Below are positions 1-11,989 of a stretch of 51,430 bases of DNA, one piece after another (position 1 is the first letter of the stretch; each line of letters begins with the position of its first letter). Origin of the DNA: Girardia tigrina (lineage: Eukaryota); assembly GCA_001938485.1 (NCBI GenBank), contig MQRK01228214.1, positions 1 through 51,430 on the forward strand. Reading direction: 5' to 3'. Both the position numbers and the translations under genes were made by a program. The notes under the pieces are model-generated. The model ran no database searches and was not told the DNA's origin. It saw nothing but the letters and a program-made list of their open reading frames with translations.

Positions 1-1
1 A

Positions 2-583
2 ACTGAATTGAATTATTATAAAGTTGATTTGACACCAAAAGTTTGTTTGATCGTCCTAGACACTTATGAAATCAGTGTTTTAGGTGAAAGAACTTCCGTA
101 GAAGGAGAGAATAATTATTCGACAGCGAAAAAGATTATCTTGAAGCACAACAAGAACGAGAATTGGAATAATTCGGATGGTTTACAAATGCCGAGATTTG
201 TCGCTTATAATGGAGCCGTTGGTCAGACTCAATTGAAATGGCTTGAAGAGCAGCTCAACGAGTGTACTATAAAGGACAAGATAGTCATTGTTGCAGGACA
301 TATTCCACTTCTAATTAATGAATCTGATAAGAGTACCATGCTGTGGAATTCCGAAGAATTGATTGATATCCTTCATCGGTATACATGTGTCAAAGCTTAT
401 TTATGCGGCCATAATCATGTTGGACATATTTTGAAAAGCGATACATTCATTCATATTACGATGCCCGCAATTCTTGAGTCTTCCTTTAGTGATGTTCCAT
501 ACGGGATTTTACAAATAACGGAAAACAAAATCAGTCTCAGTGATATGCCTGGTTATTGGAAGACTACCGATTATTTCTTTTAA
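2..583 (+). CDS. ADPRM: Mn2+-dependent ADP-ribose/CDP-alcohol diphosphatase-like metallophosphoesterase, 5'-truncated by the window edge
   Basis: Frame open from base 2 to TAA 581-583. Motifs LDTYEIS, FVAYNGAVGQTQLKWL, GHIP, LWN and AYLCGHNH match the C-terminal half of ADPRM-family calcineurin-like phosphoesterases. Confidence 0.8.
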   Translation, partial: TELNYYKVDLTPKVCLIVLDTYEISVLGERTSVEGENNYSTAKKIILKHNKNENWNNSDGLQMPRFVAYNGAVGQTQLKWLEEQLNECTIKDKIVIVAGHIPLLINESDKSTMLWNSEELIDILHRYTCVKAYLCGHNHVGHILKSDTFIHITMPAILESSFSDVPYGILQITENKISLSDMPGYWKTTDYFF

Positions 584-1119
584 ATTAATAATATATTTTT
601 ACAAATTTAAAAAGTGTTTTTCGTAAATTTTTTTCAAATTTATTTTCTATTTATATATTTCTATAAAGTATAAAAACATTTCAAATACATTCCAGAATCG
701 TGCATATTGGTAAATTGTTGTCTGTTGATTAAAATTTTTCTTTAAAATCAGAACAAAACATTTAATTAAATAATTAAATAATTAAACAACTAATTTAAAA
801 TACTGCTCATTGATTTTTTCTTATTTATTTTTATTTGTATCTTTTATTATTTCGAAAAGACCTTTTATTTGGTTTTATTTGTATTCGTATTTTTAAAATC
901 TTTGTTTATTTCATTTTAAATTGTGGTAAAACTTGTTTATCCATTGCATCTATCATCAACCATCCGTGGCATGTTAAAACAGCGAAAAAATAAACGTCAA
1001 AAAAAATCATGAAAAAAAACAATAAAAAGTGACGTCATAAAACGTTTTATAATTTTTTAACAAAAATGATATTTTACCAAAATGATATTTTTAAAATGAT
1101 ATTTTAAAAAATTATTTTT

Positions 1120-2010
1120 CCTCAGCTCTATGTCCTGGAATACATTACATCTTCCACATCTTACTTCCTGCATTCCCGTCGGACATGACCTTCCTCGCCA
1201 CATGCATGACATGTGATTTTCCTTTCTCTTTTACATTCGCACCGTCTGTGCCCTGTTTCTTTGCAGTCCCGGCATGATTGATTGTTTTTCCCTGGATGTC
1301 GTCTAACAAAACTGTCTCCTTTCTTCGTTTTGCTTCCTGTCGCTGATCCTCTTTTTACCACGTCCTTGTACGACGCTATCATCGTATGTACTGGCCTTTC
1401 CATTTCACGGACTTCATCCACTTTTTTGATGACATTTTTTACTTCTTTTATTTCTTTTACCTCTCTAAACTTGATCTCTTTCTTCACAACGCTGTACTTC
1501 GACCCATGAATTAGAAGATTCTTTTCAATTTCTTCTTCTGACCAAATATGTTTTGCTAATTTTACTGCAAGTTTCTTTGCTTTTGCAAAGTATTCTTCCG
1601 CTGATTCATTCGTTCTTTCAAAATTTACAGCCTCCATCAAATCCTCCATCAGAGAGCTTTCCTTTTGAAAAGCTTCTCGAAACCGAGCTTCGTATCCCTT
1701 TGTCTCGACCGATACATTCTCGTAGACAGGTACAAGTTCATGAGAAAGCAATCCAATTATCAAAATCTCTTGTATGCTTTCTGGTGTTTTAGCCACCTTA
1801 AAATACCTTGAGCATGCTGCTATAAATGTTTCAATATTGTCTTCTTTCCGGTATTTTTCCGGTAGAAGTCTCGCAATCAACTGATCCGAGTTTCTGACTA
1901 TGGTCACCATATTAGGTTCGTGATTAAAATTGGAAGTTATAATTTTGCACACTTTATTTCTATTACAATTTTCATTATTGAAACAAATTTATGAGGAACA
2001 AAATTTTAAT
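1120..2010 (-). mobile_element. Ty3/gypsy gag fragment with CCHC zinc knuckles (copy 1)
   Basis: ORF 1161-1952 ends in CRDCKETGHRRCEC and CHACGEEGHVRREC. The N-terminus (NSDQLIARLLPEKY...ACSRYFKVAK) is shared with the copy at 35960-37090. Confidence 0.8.
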
Positions 2011-3174
2011 TACATAATCCAGATCTCAAAATTCTAAATATAAATAATAATATCGATAAATATACAAATNNNNNNNNNNNNNNNNNNNNNNNNNNNNNNN
2101 NNNNNNNNNNNNNNNNNNNNNNNNNNNNNNNNNNNNNNNNNNNNNNNNNNNNNNNNNNNNNNNNNNNNAATTTAGATTTTTAAAAATATTTTTTAAAAAT
2201 TCAATTCTTAAATGTTTTTTTTGATTTTTAATCATTCGATGATAAATTATTTTTTAATAAAAATCTTTTATTTGATTTTAATAAAATTACATTCTTTTTA
2301 AAATTTATTTTATTTAATATTGATTTTATACATTAAAAAGTATTATGATTTTATTTTAAATAGTGTTACAAAATATATCAAAATCTTCTTTACAATATTC
2401 TTTAACTTCGAAGATGATATTTAAATGTGAATTTTTTAAAACTTCATTTTTATAAAAATTTGTCCCAATTTATTTAAAATATTATCATAACTCTTAATGT
2501 TTTTCTAAAAGCTTATTTCATTTTAATTAGTAATATACTATCTGTGAACTATAATTTTTACAAAAATTATTTCGATTTAATTTGTAGAAATGTTACTATA
2601 ACATATATTTTTTTAAAAATCTTATTTATTTTAATTAGTAAATATATTATCTATAACTTAACTTTTTATTTTAAAGAATTATTTCATTTTAATTAATCGA
2701 CATTATTTTTACTTTATCTAAAATATAAATATGTTTTTTAAAAATATCAAAAATTTAAAGTTCACCAAAAGTAACCCAACATAACTGAAGACATGAATAT
2801 TATTTTTTAAAGGTAAAAGATAAAGGAGATCACTAAAAAAAGAAAAAAAATCATTAATTAACAAAGTTTAGAAATTATTTAAAAGTCTAAAACAAAAAGT
2901 ATTTTTGAAATCTGTTCTCTGAACCATGAGAAAAAAATGAATCCCCAGAAAAGATCGAAAGTACAAAAATATACATAATTTATGTAACGTAACTATATAT
3001 CTTTATACCTAAAATAACTTTAGGGTAAGTAGAATCTACTTCTCTAATTATTCAAAATATAAATTCAGAAAGTAAGGTTCAGGCTTTTAATCTTCTTTGT
3101 ACAATCGTAATTATAAACTGCAAATAATAAATATATATTTTTAAAAAGAATGTAACGTTTTAGTTTCTTTTTAA

Positions 3175-3755
3175 ATCGAAAAAAAGCGCGGAAGACACCT
3201 CAAAACGACGATTCTTTTTACTTTCATTCAATCCGTGAGGTACCCATTTATTAAGCTTTTTTGACTTTCTAATTTGCTTCAAGTGCCGAACTACGGTTGA
3301 GAGATCAAAGTTAAGCTCTTCTGAGTGCTCGAACAGTTTTGCGTAAATCGGCTTCCACCAACTCCTTCAATTCGTCGTTGTCAATCGTCGATAGGTGGCT
3401 GTTATGAGGCTCATCTTCAAGACTGGTATTGCTAGATCGAAATTTTTGATACCAGCGCCGCACCGTGAATTCGTTGATGTTTCGAAAGGTTTGAGCTGCA
3501 ATACGCGCTAGCTTGAACTCGTAGAAGTAAATGTTGCGAAAATCACGTTTTGACATATGTAATTAAAATCAAAATTATTAACAAAATAATCATTATAATA
3601 AGTTTTAGACAAATATATCTGAGAGAGTATAAATTAAGTTTTCGAATGACTCATGACATCATACATTACATAACACCATACATGTTTTAGTCGTATAAGA
3701 TTGCGGTAAATACAAAAAAATCAAAAACCTACATTCCTTTTGCAACAGCATTATA
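3175..3755 (-). mobile_element. Mariner remnant (5' half, cecropia/Hsmar1-like)
   Basis: Reads MSKRDFR..YEFKL..AAQT.RNINE, VRRWYQKFRS..SLEDEP, ELKELVEAD, then KWVPH after a frameshift. Truncated before the catalytic domain. Confidence 0.8.
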
Positions 3756-5520
3756 CTATTTGTAAAATAACAAATCTTTATGATCGCGATTAATCTTTGA
3801 GATCTGTTTTTTATCGATTAATAAAATAACTAAGCTAATTAAACTATTTAGTTTAATTAACTTAGTTATTAACAAAAGTTTAATAAATTAATTAGAATGA
3901 TTTTTGTTAAATACTGTATCATGAATTGGTCAAACAAAACAGATAGTTAAACAAACGAATGAGCTTGTAAATATTACAATAACAGAGGGATATATGAGTT
4001 AGAGTAAATTTCAATGAACAAACGAAACGTTACTTGTAATATTATGTGATCGGATATCCCGTAAAATTGAATAGTAGAAATAATTGAATAATTGAAAAGC
4101 ATATTTAATACGAAAACATGGTTATGGGATGGTTCTTGAATAATTTTTCAGTAAAATTTGAATACAATATATATCGTTCATTCTGATTCTTTCATCATCC
4201 AGGGGAAAGATTAAATTCTCTCATCCGTCAGTTAGCAACTAGATTAATCACTATTCCACTTGTCTTTCAATTTCGTCATCTGATTGTCATACGATTGTTT
4301 TCCAAATGCGAATCTCCGAACTGTATCACAATCATTTAATCAAACAACTAGCTGTCTTTCATTCAAAATTTTTAAATTTTCAATTATTCAAACAACAATT
4401 CTCACTTTTCATAAATCATCATTCCCGCTCTCATCAAACAATCAACAAACAAACAATACCTTTCACGCCATTTCCATTTTTAATATGATATTATTCCCCA
4501 TTTTTATTCACTTTTACTCATTCATGATTTTGTTGAGGTATCTGTGTGATCTAATTTTTAGTAAAAATGAAAATAAAGAATACGAGAATTATTACATAAA
4601 TATTTATGTTTTATTACAATAATTACAAACGTATTTAAAAAAAGAATCTTAATCTTATATGCTGATTTTATATTTTAGATAAAACGAGAAGAGTATTCTC
4701 TTAATCGAATTATTTTTGAATAAATAGAAATATATTAATAAATATATATAAATTATATGTTCCAATACTCTGGAAAATACTTTTTTCTCTTATTCAGAGA
4801 TTCCTTTTTAATGATTTAAATATAGGTAATTTCGACAACTAGATCTTTGAATGCACACTTGATCAATATCAATTTTCAGCTGATCAGTCTTTCTTTTAAT
4901 TTCTCTTCTTTTTATACTGTCAACGGAGCAGATGTTGAATCGCTCTGCTGTGGACAATTATTGATTATAATGCCGTAGACAAATATTGATCAATGTGTTT
5001 CGACAGTTGTTGACTCACGTAGTCAATTCTTTCTCAACTATGATTCTTGTACTTTTATTTTCTTTAAACTAATTGTAGTTCTTCTTTTGATTATATAATT
5101 AAGAGCTTTTCTAAAAAATTATTCTCCTTTCTCTTAAAACCTTCTTCTTATACTATTCTTCTTAATTTGATTTTTCTATATTTACCTTTTAAAATAATTT
5201 GGTTATTTCTTTATTATAAATATTTCTTAATTTATTCTTAATTATTTACCTTTCCAGTTATTCCTAATTTAATTATTTACATATAAATTATATTTATTTT
5301 GGTAAAGAGATAAATAAAATCTTATTTTGTCTATTAATTAAAACAAAAAATTATCTTTTTAATACTTATTATTTTATAAATTTTATTACCTTAACAATTT
5401 CATTAAGCACCTTAATTCATTCAAGAAAATAAATTTAATATTTTGTATTGAAGAAATATTTCAAATATTTACTAATTTTTGAAAATTCGCGTTAAATGTT
5501 CATTATATTTTGACAAAAAA

Positions 5521-5548
5521 GGAGGCCTTATACACGGAAAATACGGTA
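5521..5548. mobile_element. Solo pogo/Tigger-type terminal inverted repeat
   Basis: CTTATACACGGAAAATACGGTA is the reverse complement of TACCGTATTTTCCGTGTATAAG, a typical pogo-like end. No partner end was found. Confidence 0.4.
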
Positions 5549-5962
5549 AATATTATCTCAATTTCATCAAAAAAATTACTGTCGTTAAATATCATAACGT
5601 TTTGTTTTCTTTTTTGCAGTCATTCCAGATCTACAAATAACATTTGTAGTAAATATTTTTGAAGGAATATGTTGATTCAAATTATTTCATATTTTGGGAT
5701 GAAAATTATTAAAATTTTATCGATGAATTTTAGTGATAGAGCGACTAGAGATGATTTGAATTGTAAATGTAAAAATGTAGTAATAAATATGTGAGTTCTC
5801 TCATCATTTATACCCGCGTTGTAAAAACAATATTTTTCTTTAATTTAAAAATAGATCTTTAAACTAAAATTTCAGGTTATAATTAACATCAAAAAATTAT
5901 TAAAGATTGTTTAAATATTCAGTTGTTTCTTGGTTACGAGAGGTTTTTGTTTGTTGATAAGA

Positions 5963-6067
5963 ATGGATTGCGAAATTCCTGAATTAGAAGACTGTTCCGA
6001 GATTATCCAAACAGCCAAGGAAAGAAATCTCACTCGAACAAACACAAATTCTAATTCCAGTGAATCT
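5963..6067 (+). CDS. STI1-repeat domain protein, exon 1 of 5
   Basis: ATG 5963, MDCEIPELEDCSEII...SSES. Phase-0 donor GTAATC at 6068; 62-nt intron ending TATCAG at 6129. Confidence 0.75.
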
Positions 6068-6129
6068 GTAATCGCATTTATTGACACAAATATTTGATTG
6101 AGATTTCCAAATGTTTATTGTATTATCAG

Positions 6130-6313
6130 AAAAGTAAAAATGAAATTCTGAAAAATCAAAAAGATTTCTGTGGAATGAAGAAAGGATTTCTGACAAATGG
6201 AATATCGGAAAAGAAATCGAAATCCGATAATGTTCCGTTTTTAAAAGTCGATAAAACGAAAAATGTAAAATCAAATTTAATATTTGAAGAAGTTCAACAA
6301 GAAAGAAATAAAA
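6130..6313 (+). CDS. STI1-repeat domain protein, exon 2 of 5
   Basis: KSKNEI...FCGMKKGFL...DNVPFLK...LIFEEVQQ. Phase-1 donor GTAATA at 6314 is compatible with the acceptor at 9940. Confidence 0.75.
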
Positions 6314-6354
6314 GTAATAAAAATAATTATTTTTGTTTAATTTCAGTTTGGTAA

Positions 6355-7215
6355 AATAATATTTTTAATTATTTTTAATAATTTTTTAAGTTTTATCATT
6401 TTTATTTTATTAATTTTTTTGATACTTTATTTTATATTTTTTTCAATTTTTATTTTTATATCTTATTTAAAGATATAAAAATTTTTTTAGTATTTTTTGA
6501 TTATTATTTTTTTTTAAATTTATTTGATTTTTTATTGTATTTAGTTTTTTCGATTTTTTTTATTTTAATTTTCAAATTTTTTTAATATTTTAGTTTATAT
6601 TTTATAAAATTATATAATTTTTATTTTTTCTTGATTTTTATTGTATCTATTTTTAGTATTTTCATAAAATTTTTAAAATAATAATTTTTAAGTTTTATAT
6701 TTTTTTTAGTTTATTTTCCTTTTTTTTTGTTGTTATTTTTATCAATTTTTATTTTTACAATCTTTTTTATATTTTTATTTTTTTCATTTGATTTTTTATT
6801 GTTTTTATTTTTTTTGAATTTCTTTATTTTATTTTCTATATGTTTTTAATATAGGAACTTTCATTTCATAAAGTCTTTCATTGAGATTGTTTTAAAAAAT
6901 TTTATTGGAAAACAATTTTTTTCAAAATCATTTTAATGAGAAAAATATTTTATTAAATTTTTAATTTTATAATTTTTTTTCTACATTTTTATAGTTTTAA
7001 TTTTTTAGTATTTTTTGATTTTTATTTTTTTGAATAATAATTTTTAAGTTTCACCCTTTATTTGATTTTATTATTTTTTTATTTTCTTTTATATTTTTGT
7101 TTTTTATTATTTTTTTAATTTTAATTTTACAATCTTTTTCATATTTTTATTTCTTATATTTTTTTATTGTTTTTATATTTTTGATTTTTTTTATTTCGAT
7201 TTTTTTCAAAACAAT
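6355..7215. repeat. T-rich low-complexity tract in STI1 intron 2
   Basis: About 850 bp of almost pure T/A with recurring TTTTTATT and TTTTTAAGTT units. Confidence 0.7.
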
Positions 7216-7381
7216 TTTGTAGAAAAAAAATATATGTGAGGAATATTTTAAATTGTGTAAATGAAATGATACTGTATGTTGATTCGAGTATGTCGAAATT
7301 AGATTGGTGATTCTCTCTTCCAGATGAAAAAAAATTGTTCAATTTGAAATAATGTTATATATAAGCTTAACAACTACAATC

Positions 7382-7433
7382 AGAATCGCCTGATGATGAC
7401 GAATATTCCGTTGAAATATATTGCTCTAATAAA
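7382..7433 (+). ncRNA. Degenerate minimal type-I hammerhead ribozyme motif (Penelope-like)
   Basis: CTGATGA 7390-7396, stem II GACG/CGTT, GAAA 7413-7416, palindromic AATATATT stem III, partial stem I AGAATCGC/GCTCT, then AATAAA. Confidence 0.4.
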
Positions 7434-8619
7434 AAATTGTATCTATTACCAACATCACAATTTGAATGCAAACATTTATTTACAGCACAAACAGATTCTT
7501 CACAACAATTTTCAGAGGTCATCTTTCTTTGATTGATATATTTTTTGATTAAATATTCAAATATGAAAAAATCAATGAATGGGAACTTTTTATATTACAT
7601 TTTATTGGATAAAAAGACATTATGTAATTTTTTAAATAAACATTAATTTTTAAAATATATTAAATTTAAAATCTTTTACTGAAAATATTAATAAAATTCA
7701 TAATTATCAAACTTTAATTAGTTAGTACTTAAAATTAATATCATTAATTTAATTTCATTAGATTCAAATAATCAATCAAATAACATATCAATCCCATCTG
7801 AGTAGGAGAGTCACAAATCTAAACAGCATACAAACAACAAACTTACAACATTCCAAATTATCCCTCACAGTATCTTAAAACGGCGTCTTTTAATTTTTAT
7901 AAATTATAAGTAATTTATATTATTTTTTTATTGTTTTTTTTTAATCATTTTTTAATAAAAACTTTGTTGGCAAAGTTGAGTTTTGTCTGCATAAAGAATG
8001 GATATAAAAAATATTTTTTTGTTTTACTAGTTTTATTAATTTTTTTTATTGGTTTTTTAATTGCTCGTTTAATCTTTCAATGAGTTAAAGTTTAACTGTT
8101 AAACTGATTGAAAAAAACTAATTCGGATAAAATTTATGTAGAAAGAAATTATTTTGAAAGAAAATAAAGTTAGAGTAAGTTGAATATTTTTTAACGAAAT
8201 TATTTTGAAAATGATACGTTTAAAATAAATTAAATTAAGTATCAAAAGTAGTAAATTGCACAGATAAATTTTAATAGTGAAATCTTAATAAATTTATACA
8301 AAAATAGAAATTTTAATTTAAAGAAAATCTATTATCTAAAGAAAATTATCACAAGAACGATAGTTTTTAAAGTGTTTTATTGATTATAGTTAAATGAATA
8401 TGAGTGTTTTAAGACATAATGGACTCCAGTTCTATGGGTCTACTACACTAGTTTCGTACACACCAAAGGCCGACACTGTTCTCTATTTGTTGCACCGAAA
8501 TATTATTTCTTACATCGGTTTTATGGTATGGTTTCTAAAAGAAACAACATTAAAAACCATAGAGACCTTATATAGTTATTATTCTAGAGTTTAATATTAT
8601 TTTTAATTTTTATTGACGG

Positions 8620-9061
8620 TCAGAGAATGCTGATTTTCTCATTAAATACTTTAGTAAATTAAATTTTATTTGAAATGCGTAAATCTGTCAGATGACAATA
8701 CCAGTGACAATTTTAACACCCGAACTCTCTTATTCTGCCATGAGAAGACTCAAAATGTACTTAGGGAACTCAATGACACAAATGCATTTTAACAATCTCA
8801 TGTTGCCACATTGCCACAAGGAAAGGACAGACAAATTGGATCGTCTTGTAATATCAAGAGACTTTGTGTCTGCCAACCCTCGCAGAAATTACTTTTTGAA
8901 GCATATTATTAATTGTATCGCTTAAATGAAATTTATGTAGTTTCTTGGCTTCAAAATTAAACTCGATCCTGCAATTTGGGAGGTCTATTAGCTACTATTT
9001 CTCAGGACTGTTTTTCTTTATGTCTGCCCCCCCCAGGTGTAAAACCGTTCCGGCGCCTATG
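8620..9061 (+). mobile_element. hAT transposon 3' remnant (dimerisation domain plus end)
   Basis: TIPVT...E.SYSAMRRLK.YL.NSMTQ..FNNLML.HCHKERTDKLD...FV..NPRR is a hATC dimerisation region. GC-rich end CCGGCGCCTATG. Confidence 0.75.
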
Positions 9062-9214
9062 TTTTCATTCATAAATTTTTGTGTGAAATTATGATTTCTG
9101 ATCCTGAATCAACCATCATCGAATGATGAAAAGCTTTTGTAAAATATCTTTAAATTTAAAATTAGGAGAAATCATTTAGATTGTAATAATATAAATCAAA
9201 TTAAAAATAATATC

Positions 9215-9852
9215 ATACCAAAAAAATTTTTGGTGTACAAGCTTTTATAATTTGTCATATATTTGCGGTTCTGTATCTATTTCACCCACTTCCCACATTT
9301 TTTGACTGAATTATCANNNNNNNNNNNNNNNNNNNNNNNNNNNNNNNNNNNNNNNNNNNNNNNNNNNNNNNNNNNNNNNNNNNNNNNNNNNNNNNNNNNN
9401 NNNNNNNNNNNNNNNNNNNNNNNNNNNNNNNNNNNNNNNNNNNNNNNNNNNNNNNNNNNNNNNNNNNNNNNNNNNNNNNNNNNNNNNNNNNNNNNNNNNN
9501 NNNNNNNNNNNNNNNNNNNNNNNNNNNNNNNNNNNNNNNNNNNNNNNNNNNNNNNNNNNNNNNNNNNNNNNNNNNNNNNNNNNNNNNNNNNNNNNNNNNN
9601 NNNNNNNNNNNNNNNNNNNNNNNNNNNNNNNNNNNNNNNNNNNNNNNNNNNNNNNNNNNNNNNNNNNNNNNNNNNNNNNNNNNNNNNNNNNNNNNNNNNN
9701 NNNNNNNNNNNNNNNNNNNNNNNNNNNNNNNNNNNNNNNATTTCAAGTCACCAGCACAACGGGAAGTGGGTGAAATTTCGATCGCAAGATTTGATCCATA
9801 CAGACAAACAAACAAACAAACAAATGAAACGTAATAAAAGCTTGTAATAAAA
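9215..9852. mobile_element. Non-autonomous repeat, HINE/DINE-1 (Helentron)-like; inverted copy at 32095-32615
   Basis: 9215-9300 and 9740-9850 match the reverse complements of 32520-32615 and 32097-32200. CAAA microsatellite lies next to a TAATAAAAGCTTGTAA end. The centre is a gap. Confidence 0.5.
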
Positions 9853-9940
9853 AATAAAATATTAATGAAGTGAATTTGGACTATATGGAACTTATTTGTC
9901 TTATTTTTCTAGTACATAAAAACCGTTTAATTGATTACAG

Positions 9941-10126
9941 ACAATTGGTTAAATGACGATCTATTAAAATCCGTGTCGGATGACAGCCAACTCTCGGAAT
10001 GGCTCACAGATCCGAGAACGTCGATTATTTTATCGGATTTCGAAAAAAATCCTCAAGCAGCTATTGTAAAATACAAAGACGATGAGAAAACCCAACAAAT
10101 GTTGGTGAAATTCGGACATTTGCTCG
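9941..10126 (+). CDS. STI1-repeat domain protein, exon 3 of 5
   Basis: Acceptor TTACAG 9940. NWLNDDLLK...LTDPR...FEKNPQAAIVKYKDD is an STI1/DP-type repeat. Phase-1 donor at 10127. Confidence 0.85.
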
Positions 10127-10171
10127 GTAAAGAGACCGATTAAAGATCGATGATATCACGTAATAATAAAG

Positions 10172-10394
10172 GCGGTCATTTCAGCAAACTTCAACCTGCA
10201 GAAAACGTCCAACGTGATCCCAATGAAGTAATTATTCCCGGTAGAGAACGCGGTACTGCACCAGAAATTAGAGCAAGTGTCGACAATTGCGTGGATGCCG
10301 CTCTCGCGACCGCTGGTGTAAAAGAAGCGCTGATGGATCCCGACATTCAACGAATAATTGAATCCCTTCGGTCGGATCCTGATTCCGCTCACCG
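10172..10394 (+). CDS. STI1-repeat domain protein, exon 4 of 5
   Basis: A 45-nt intron (10127-10171) joins LLG|GHF. Second STI1 repeat EALMDPDIQRIIESLRSDP. Phase-2 donor GTGCGA at 10395. Confidence 0.85.
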
Positions 10395-10701
10395 GTGCGA
10401 GTTTTTTATTTGTTGTTTGTTATTGCTATTGTTTTGAAACTCTTAATACATTAGGTATCCTCATTTAACATTACCTTACGTCTCGTATAAGCAATAGAAA
10501 ATTACAAAAATATCGGTTTAATTAATATATAAATAATACTGTTAATGAATTTCGATAGTTTAAATCGTTAAGGGTCACAGTTACTATTGATGAGAAAATC
10601 GGTCGTAGTAGTATTCGTGTTGAAATTAAGATGTTGAGCTCGCTCCATGGCTCTGGATACTCTGATGAACAATTATGGTTGTGGAGGTTTGAGGGAAACT
10701 A

Positions 10702-11974
10702 TTAGGTGTACAACTAATTAATTTCGTATTTGTTACGAAATAACCTTATATTCGTATTTGTTACCTCATTTCGAATTTGTTACTAACCTCATATCTATTT
10801 ATGTAGTCAATAGTCAATTTTATTGAATTTTAGTAAACACACAAATTTTTTTTATTACAGTCAAAATGTCAAATTACGTTCCAACAAAACAGCATTTGTG
10901 GGGAGGTTTGCTTTTGTTCTTTAATTTAAGGAAAGGTGCAACAGAAGCACATCGTTTACTCTCAGAAGCTTATCCTGAATATGCTCCAGAGGTTAGTGTA
11001 TGTCAGCAGTGGTTTGCACGATTTAAAAGTGGCGATTTCGACACAGAAGACAAAGAGCGATCAGGTCCATCAAGAAAGTTTGAAGACAAAGAATTGGAGG
11101 CATTACTCGATCAAGATCCATGTCAAACTCAAGAAGAACTTGGAAAAACATTGGAAGTCACTCAACAAGCTATTTCTAAACGTTTAAAAGCAGCCGGATA
11201 CATTCTGAAACAAGGAAATTGGGTGCCACACGAATTGAAGCCGAGAGACGTTGAGAGACGATTTTGCATGTCTGAAATGCTGCTTAATCGCCACAAAAAG
11301 AAACCGTTTTTAGATCGTATTGCCACTGGCGATGAAAAGTGGATTCATTACGACAACGCAAAGCGTAAAAGATCATATGTGAAGCCAGGCCAACCAGCCA
11401 AATCGACACCAAAGCCGAATATTCATGGTTTGAAGGTAATGCTCTGTATTTGGTTGGATCAGAAGGGTGTGCTGTACTATGAGATGTTAAAATCGGGCCA
11501 GACGATCACGGGAGAGCTATACAGGCAACAATTGATACGTTTGAAGCAAGCAATAGCCGAAAAACGGCCAGAATGGGCGACCAGACACAAGAAATTGATT
11601 TTCCATCATGACAATGCTCGGCCACATGTTGCAGTACCGGTCAAAAATTATTTGGAAAATGCCGAATGGGAAATTCTACCTCACCTGCCTTATAGCCCAG
11701 ACATAGCTCCTTTTGATTACCACTTGTTTCGGTCGATGTAGAATCACCTTTCTGGAATACGGTTCACCAACGTTGAAGGTATTAAAAAATGGCTTGATGA
11801 CTTTCTCGGCGCAAAAGATGAGAAGTTTTTTTGGGATGGAATCCATAAATTGCCTGACTGATGGGAAAAAGTTGCCGCTTCCGATGGACAATATTTTGAA
11901 TAAAATATTTTTCACTTTTATACTTAATGGTTTTTTTAACAAAAAAATACGAAATTAATTAGTTGTACACCCAA
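10702..11974 (+). mobile_element. Full-length mariner, mauritiana (Mos1-like) subfamily, 1273 bp
   Basis: TIRs TTAGGTGTACAACTAATTAATTTCGTATTT and AAATACGAAATTAATTAGTTGTACACCCAA. TA TSD at 10700-10701 and 11975-11976. Confidence 0.95.
10866..11903 (+). pseudogene. Mos1-like DD34D transposase, 345 codons, two in-frame stops
   Basis: Motifs WVPHEL, TGDEKW, HDNA and YSPDIAPFDY. The frame continues past TAG 11739 and TGA 11859 to GQYFE* at 11903. Confidence 0.92.
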
Positions 11975-11989
11975 TATTTCAACTGATAT

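Noticed and set aside
6347-6350. 4-nt micro-exon TTTG between AG and GT
   Set aside because: Inclusion creates TGA at the next junction; direct splicing from 6313 to 9941 keeps the frame.
10455-10530. Nearby candidate last exon of the STI1 gene
   Set aside because: The phase-compatible frame stops after RYPHLTLPYVSYKQ. The exon at 16000-16081 fits phase and motif much better.
10655-10700. Second hammerhead-like CTGATGA...GAAA
   Set aside because: GAAA does not follow stem II directly, and there is no stem I or stem III pairing.
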